Shown: one piece after another, positions 25,700 through 26,982 of the stretch | Layout of the letters: each line of letters begins with the position of its first letter | How positions within the stretch are numbered: the stretch's first letter is position 1 | Virus record (IMG/VR): IMGVR_UViG_3300017754_001200 | Coordinates: 1 to 26,982 of that record | DNA length: 26,982 nucleotides | DNA from: a virus | Lineage: Duplodnaviria > Caudoviricetes | Reading direction: 5' to 3' (one strand) | Made by a program: the position numbers and the translations under genes | Notes under the pieces: model-generated | What the model saw: only the letters and a program-made list of their open reading frames with translations | What the model was told of the DNA's origin: nothing | The model's database searches: none

Positions 25700-25999
25700 A
25701 TGAAAATAGAAATCTTTGAAGTTGATTACTCTAACTTAGGATTAAGCAACAATTGTGTAACCTTTAACTCTACAAGAGAAACACAAAAAATCTTAGCAAC
25801 TCATTCCTATAGTATCTCAGGTATTTGTATACTTACTTTAAATAGTGGTGCTGCTAATACTTACAAGTTTAGTTTCTCTTGTATAGGAGATGATGGAACT
25901 ATTGATACTGTATCTAAACAATTTGTCTTAGATAAAGAAGTTGTTAAGAGTTGTATTGTTAATTATGCTGTTGAGCTAATAAAAAATAAGGGGATTTAG
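25700..25999 (+). CDS. Early hypothetical protein (99 aa)
   Basis: Start reassigned to ATG 25700 (ACCGCT-ATG, MKIEIFEVDY) because the longer ORF call runs through the promoter repeat. Confidence 0.7.
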   Translation: MKIEIFEVDYSNLGLSNNCVTFNSTRETQKILATHSYSISGICILTLNSGAANTYKFSFSCIGDDGTIDTVSKQFVLDKEVVKSCIVNYAVELIKNKGI

Positions 26000-26010
26000 T
26001 TCCCCCTTTT
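25988..26010 (+). terminator. Hairpin terminator GGGGA-TTTAGT-TCCCC-CTTTT
   Basis: Spans the TAG stop and directly precedes repeat 2. Confidence 0.6.
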
Positions 26011-26015
26011 CTTGC

Positions 26016-26035
26016 AAAAGTTTTTCTCTTTATTA
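26016..26035 (+). promoter_or_regulatory. Early-type repeat 2, AAAAGTTTTTCTCTTTATTA
   Basis: 18/20 identical to repeat 1 and 19/20 identical to repeat 3. Confidence 0.7.
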
Positions 26036-26096
26036 AGTATGTGTAATAGTACACGACCCAAGCAGGTGGGATTACCTGCACTAAAACTAAATCGCT

Positions 26097-26249
26097 ATGT
26101 TACAGTTTATTGACAAAGAATCTGAGGATGCATTATGTGTTATCCTCAATCAAGAACAGGAAGCTTTTGAAGATTTCCTGTTACAGGAAGAGATAGAAGC
26201 ATATCTCAGCGATCTAATAGATCTTGAAGAATTGTATGTTGAGTATTGA
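26097..26249 (+). CDS. 50-aa hyper-acidic protein (DNA-mimic candidate), missed by the ORF track
   Basis: Reads MLQFIDKESEDALCVILNQEQEAFEDFLLQEEIEAYLSDLIDLEELYVEY*, with 16 D/E and 1 K. ATCGCT-ATG start. Confidence 0.75.
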   Translation: MLQFIDKESEDALCVILNQEQEAFEDFLLQEEIEAYLSDLIDLEELYVEY

Positions 26250-26490
26250 TTATGCCTCATACAAGAGTCAGACTCACCCCAAGAAATATGGGGTGGGTCA
26301 TGACTACATCAAGCTTAGATTATCTGTAGAGCAAGCAGAGAAGTTTGATGCTGTTATCAAGGACATGAGCATCATCAAGTCCAGGGTAACCTATAAGGGC
26401 AAAGCTTATGTGCACTATTATTATAGGGGCACATCAGCTAATGCTACTTACATGAATATTGTTAAACTATTAAAAACCAAAGCTTTATGA
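26236..26490 (+). CDS. Early hypothetical basic protein
   Basis: ATG 26236 (MLSIDYASYK) overlaps the end of the acidic ORF by 14 nt. Confidence 0.65.
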   Translation: MLSIDYASYKSQTHPKKYGVGHDYIKLRLSVEQAEKFDAVIKDMSIIKSRVTYKGKAYVHYYYRGTSANATYMNIVKLLKTKAL

Positions 26491-26648
26491 ATAAGAAAGT
26501 ATTCTTAATATGTGTCATCATACTGGTGGTGGCAGTATCAGTAGTAGCAACAATGTTTCCAGCCTCTAGCTTTCTAGTGGCTTTAAGCTTGTTGCCTATA
26601 ACATTTGTTTGGTGTGTAGCAACTACACCTAAAAAGGGGGATGAATAA
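26487..26648 (+). CDS. 53-aa two-TM membrane protein, missed by the ORF track
   Basis: Reads MNKKVFLICVIILVVAVSVVATMFPASSFLVALSLLPITFVWCVATTPKKGDE*; ATGA-coupled to the upstream gene. Confidence 0.7.
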   Translation: MNKKVFLICVIILVVAVSVVATMFPASSFLVALSLLPITFVWCVATTPKKGDE

Positions 26649-26655
26649 TCTCCCT
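26635..26655 (+). terminator. Hairpin AGGGGGAT-GAATA-ATCTCCCT
   Basis: 8-bp stem with one G-U pair, spanning the TAA stop directly before repeat 3. No immediate U-tract. Confidence 0.45.
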
Positions 26656-26656
26656 A

Positions 26657-26676
26657 AAAAGTTTTTCTCTTTACTA
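26657..26676 (+). promoter_or_regulatory. Early-type repeat 3, AAAAGTTTTTCTCTTTACTA
   Basis: Third copy, upstream of ACCGCT-ATG at 26741. Confidence 0.7.
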
Positions 26677-26740
26677 ATCTTGAGTAGCAATGTAGCTATT
26701 CACTAAAACCTTGTGGTGTACAGGCAACCGCACAACCGCT

Positions 26741-26982
26741 ATGAAAACTAATAGCAAACAACTTCCAGTAATTCTTGCAGGTTACACAAGCAAGAATGTA
26801 CCTTATTACTTTATCAAGGCTCAAGACAATAACCCTCTATTGCAGCAATATGTTGCAATGCAAGAGGAGTTTCTTGGTAGAAGTCTTGAAAAGAATTCAG
26901 TGTCTGGGATGTATCCTTACTTCAGCAACAAGCAAGGATTCTTTGGTAATCAGGGTGTTATTGAATTGGTAACATTACCTGA
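26741..26982 (+). CDS. Early hypothetical protein, 3' end outside the window
   Basis: MKTNSKQLPVILAGYTSKNVPYYFIKAQDNNPLL...GVIELVTLP, open to the edge, with the same CGCT-ATG context as the other cassettes. Confidence 0.75.
   Translation, partial: MKTNSKQLPVILAGYTSKNVPYYFIKAQDNNPLLQQYVAMQEEFLGRSLEKNSVSGMYPYFSNKQGFFGNQGVIELVTLP

Noticed and set aside
25607-26676. The three 20-nt repeats as a CRISPR array
   Set aside because: The spacing is 409 and 641 nt with genes in between, and there is no cas operon. The PD-(D/E)xK nuclease lacks the Cas4 four-Cys cluster pattern.
26775-26972. Track ORF MQVTQARM...
   Set aside because: Out of frame with the better-supported ORF from ATG 26741, which has the shared CGCT-ATG context.
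1-26982. Stop-codon reassignment, tRNAs, introns/inteins or integrase
   Set aside because: Genes are contiguous in code 11. No cloverleaf, homing-endonuclease, intein or recombinase motifs were recognised by eye.

Overview
AT-rich window from a lytic dsDNA phage, most likely a crAss-like (Crassvirales-related) phage of a Bacteroidota host, read in standard code 11. Positions 1-25229 are one minus-strand late/morphogenesis block. In transcription order it holds fibre and decoration genes, three small membrane proteins, a YkuD-motif cell-wall enzyme, a metallophosphoesterase, an SPFH protein and a lipoprotein. Next come wHTH, HU/IHF-like, Zn-finger and PD-(D/E)xK nuclease genes, then a TerS candidate, TerL, portal, a scaffold-like protein, the major capsid protein and two virion proteins. 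The block ends with an array of seven very basic small proteins, a tail ring protein, a Dps/ferritin-like protein and a truncated structural gene. A non-coding, G-skewed strand switch (about 25230-25699) is followed by short plus-strand, early-type genes in repeated cassettes. Most notable are: (1) the seven-gene Lys-rich array with recurrent [MYF/K]xxGG motifs, a candidate processed DNA-condensing core; (2) two distinct repeated promoter-like motifs, one late and one early; (3) a 29-aa N-terminal peptide identical in two unrelated virion proteins despite heavy synonymous divergence; (4) a 50-aa hyper-acidic early protein, a DNA-mimic candidate missed by the ORF track. All family assignments come from motif recognition and gene order; no searches were run.
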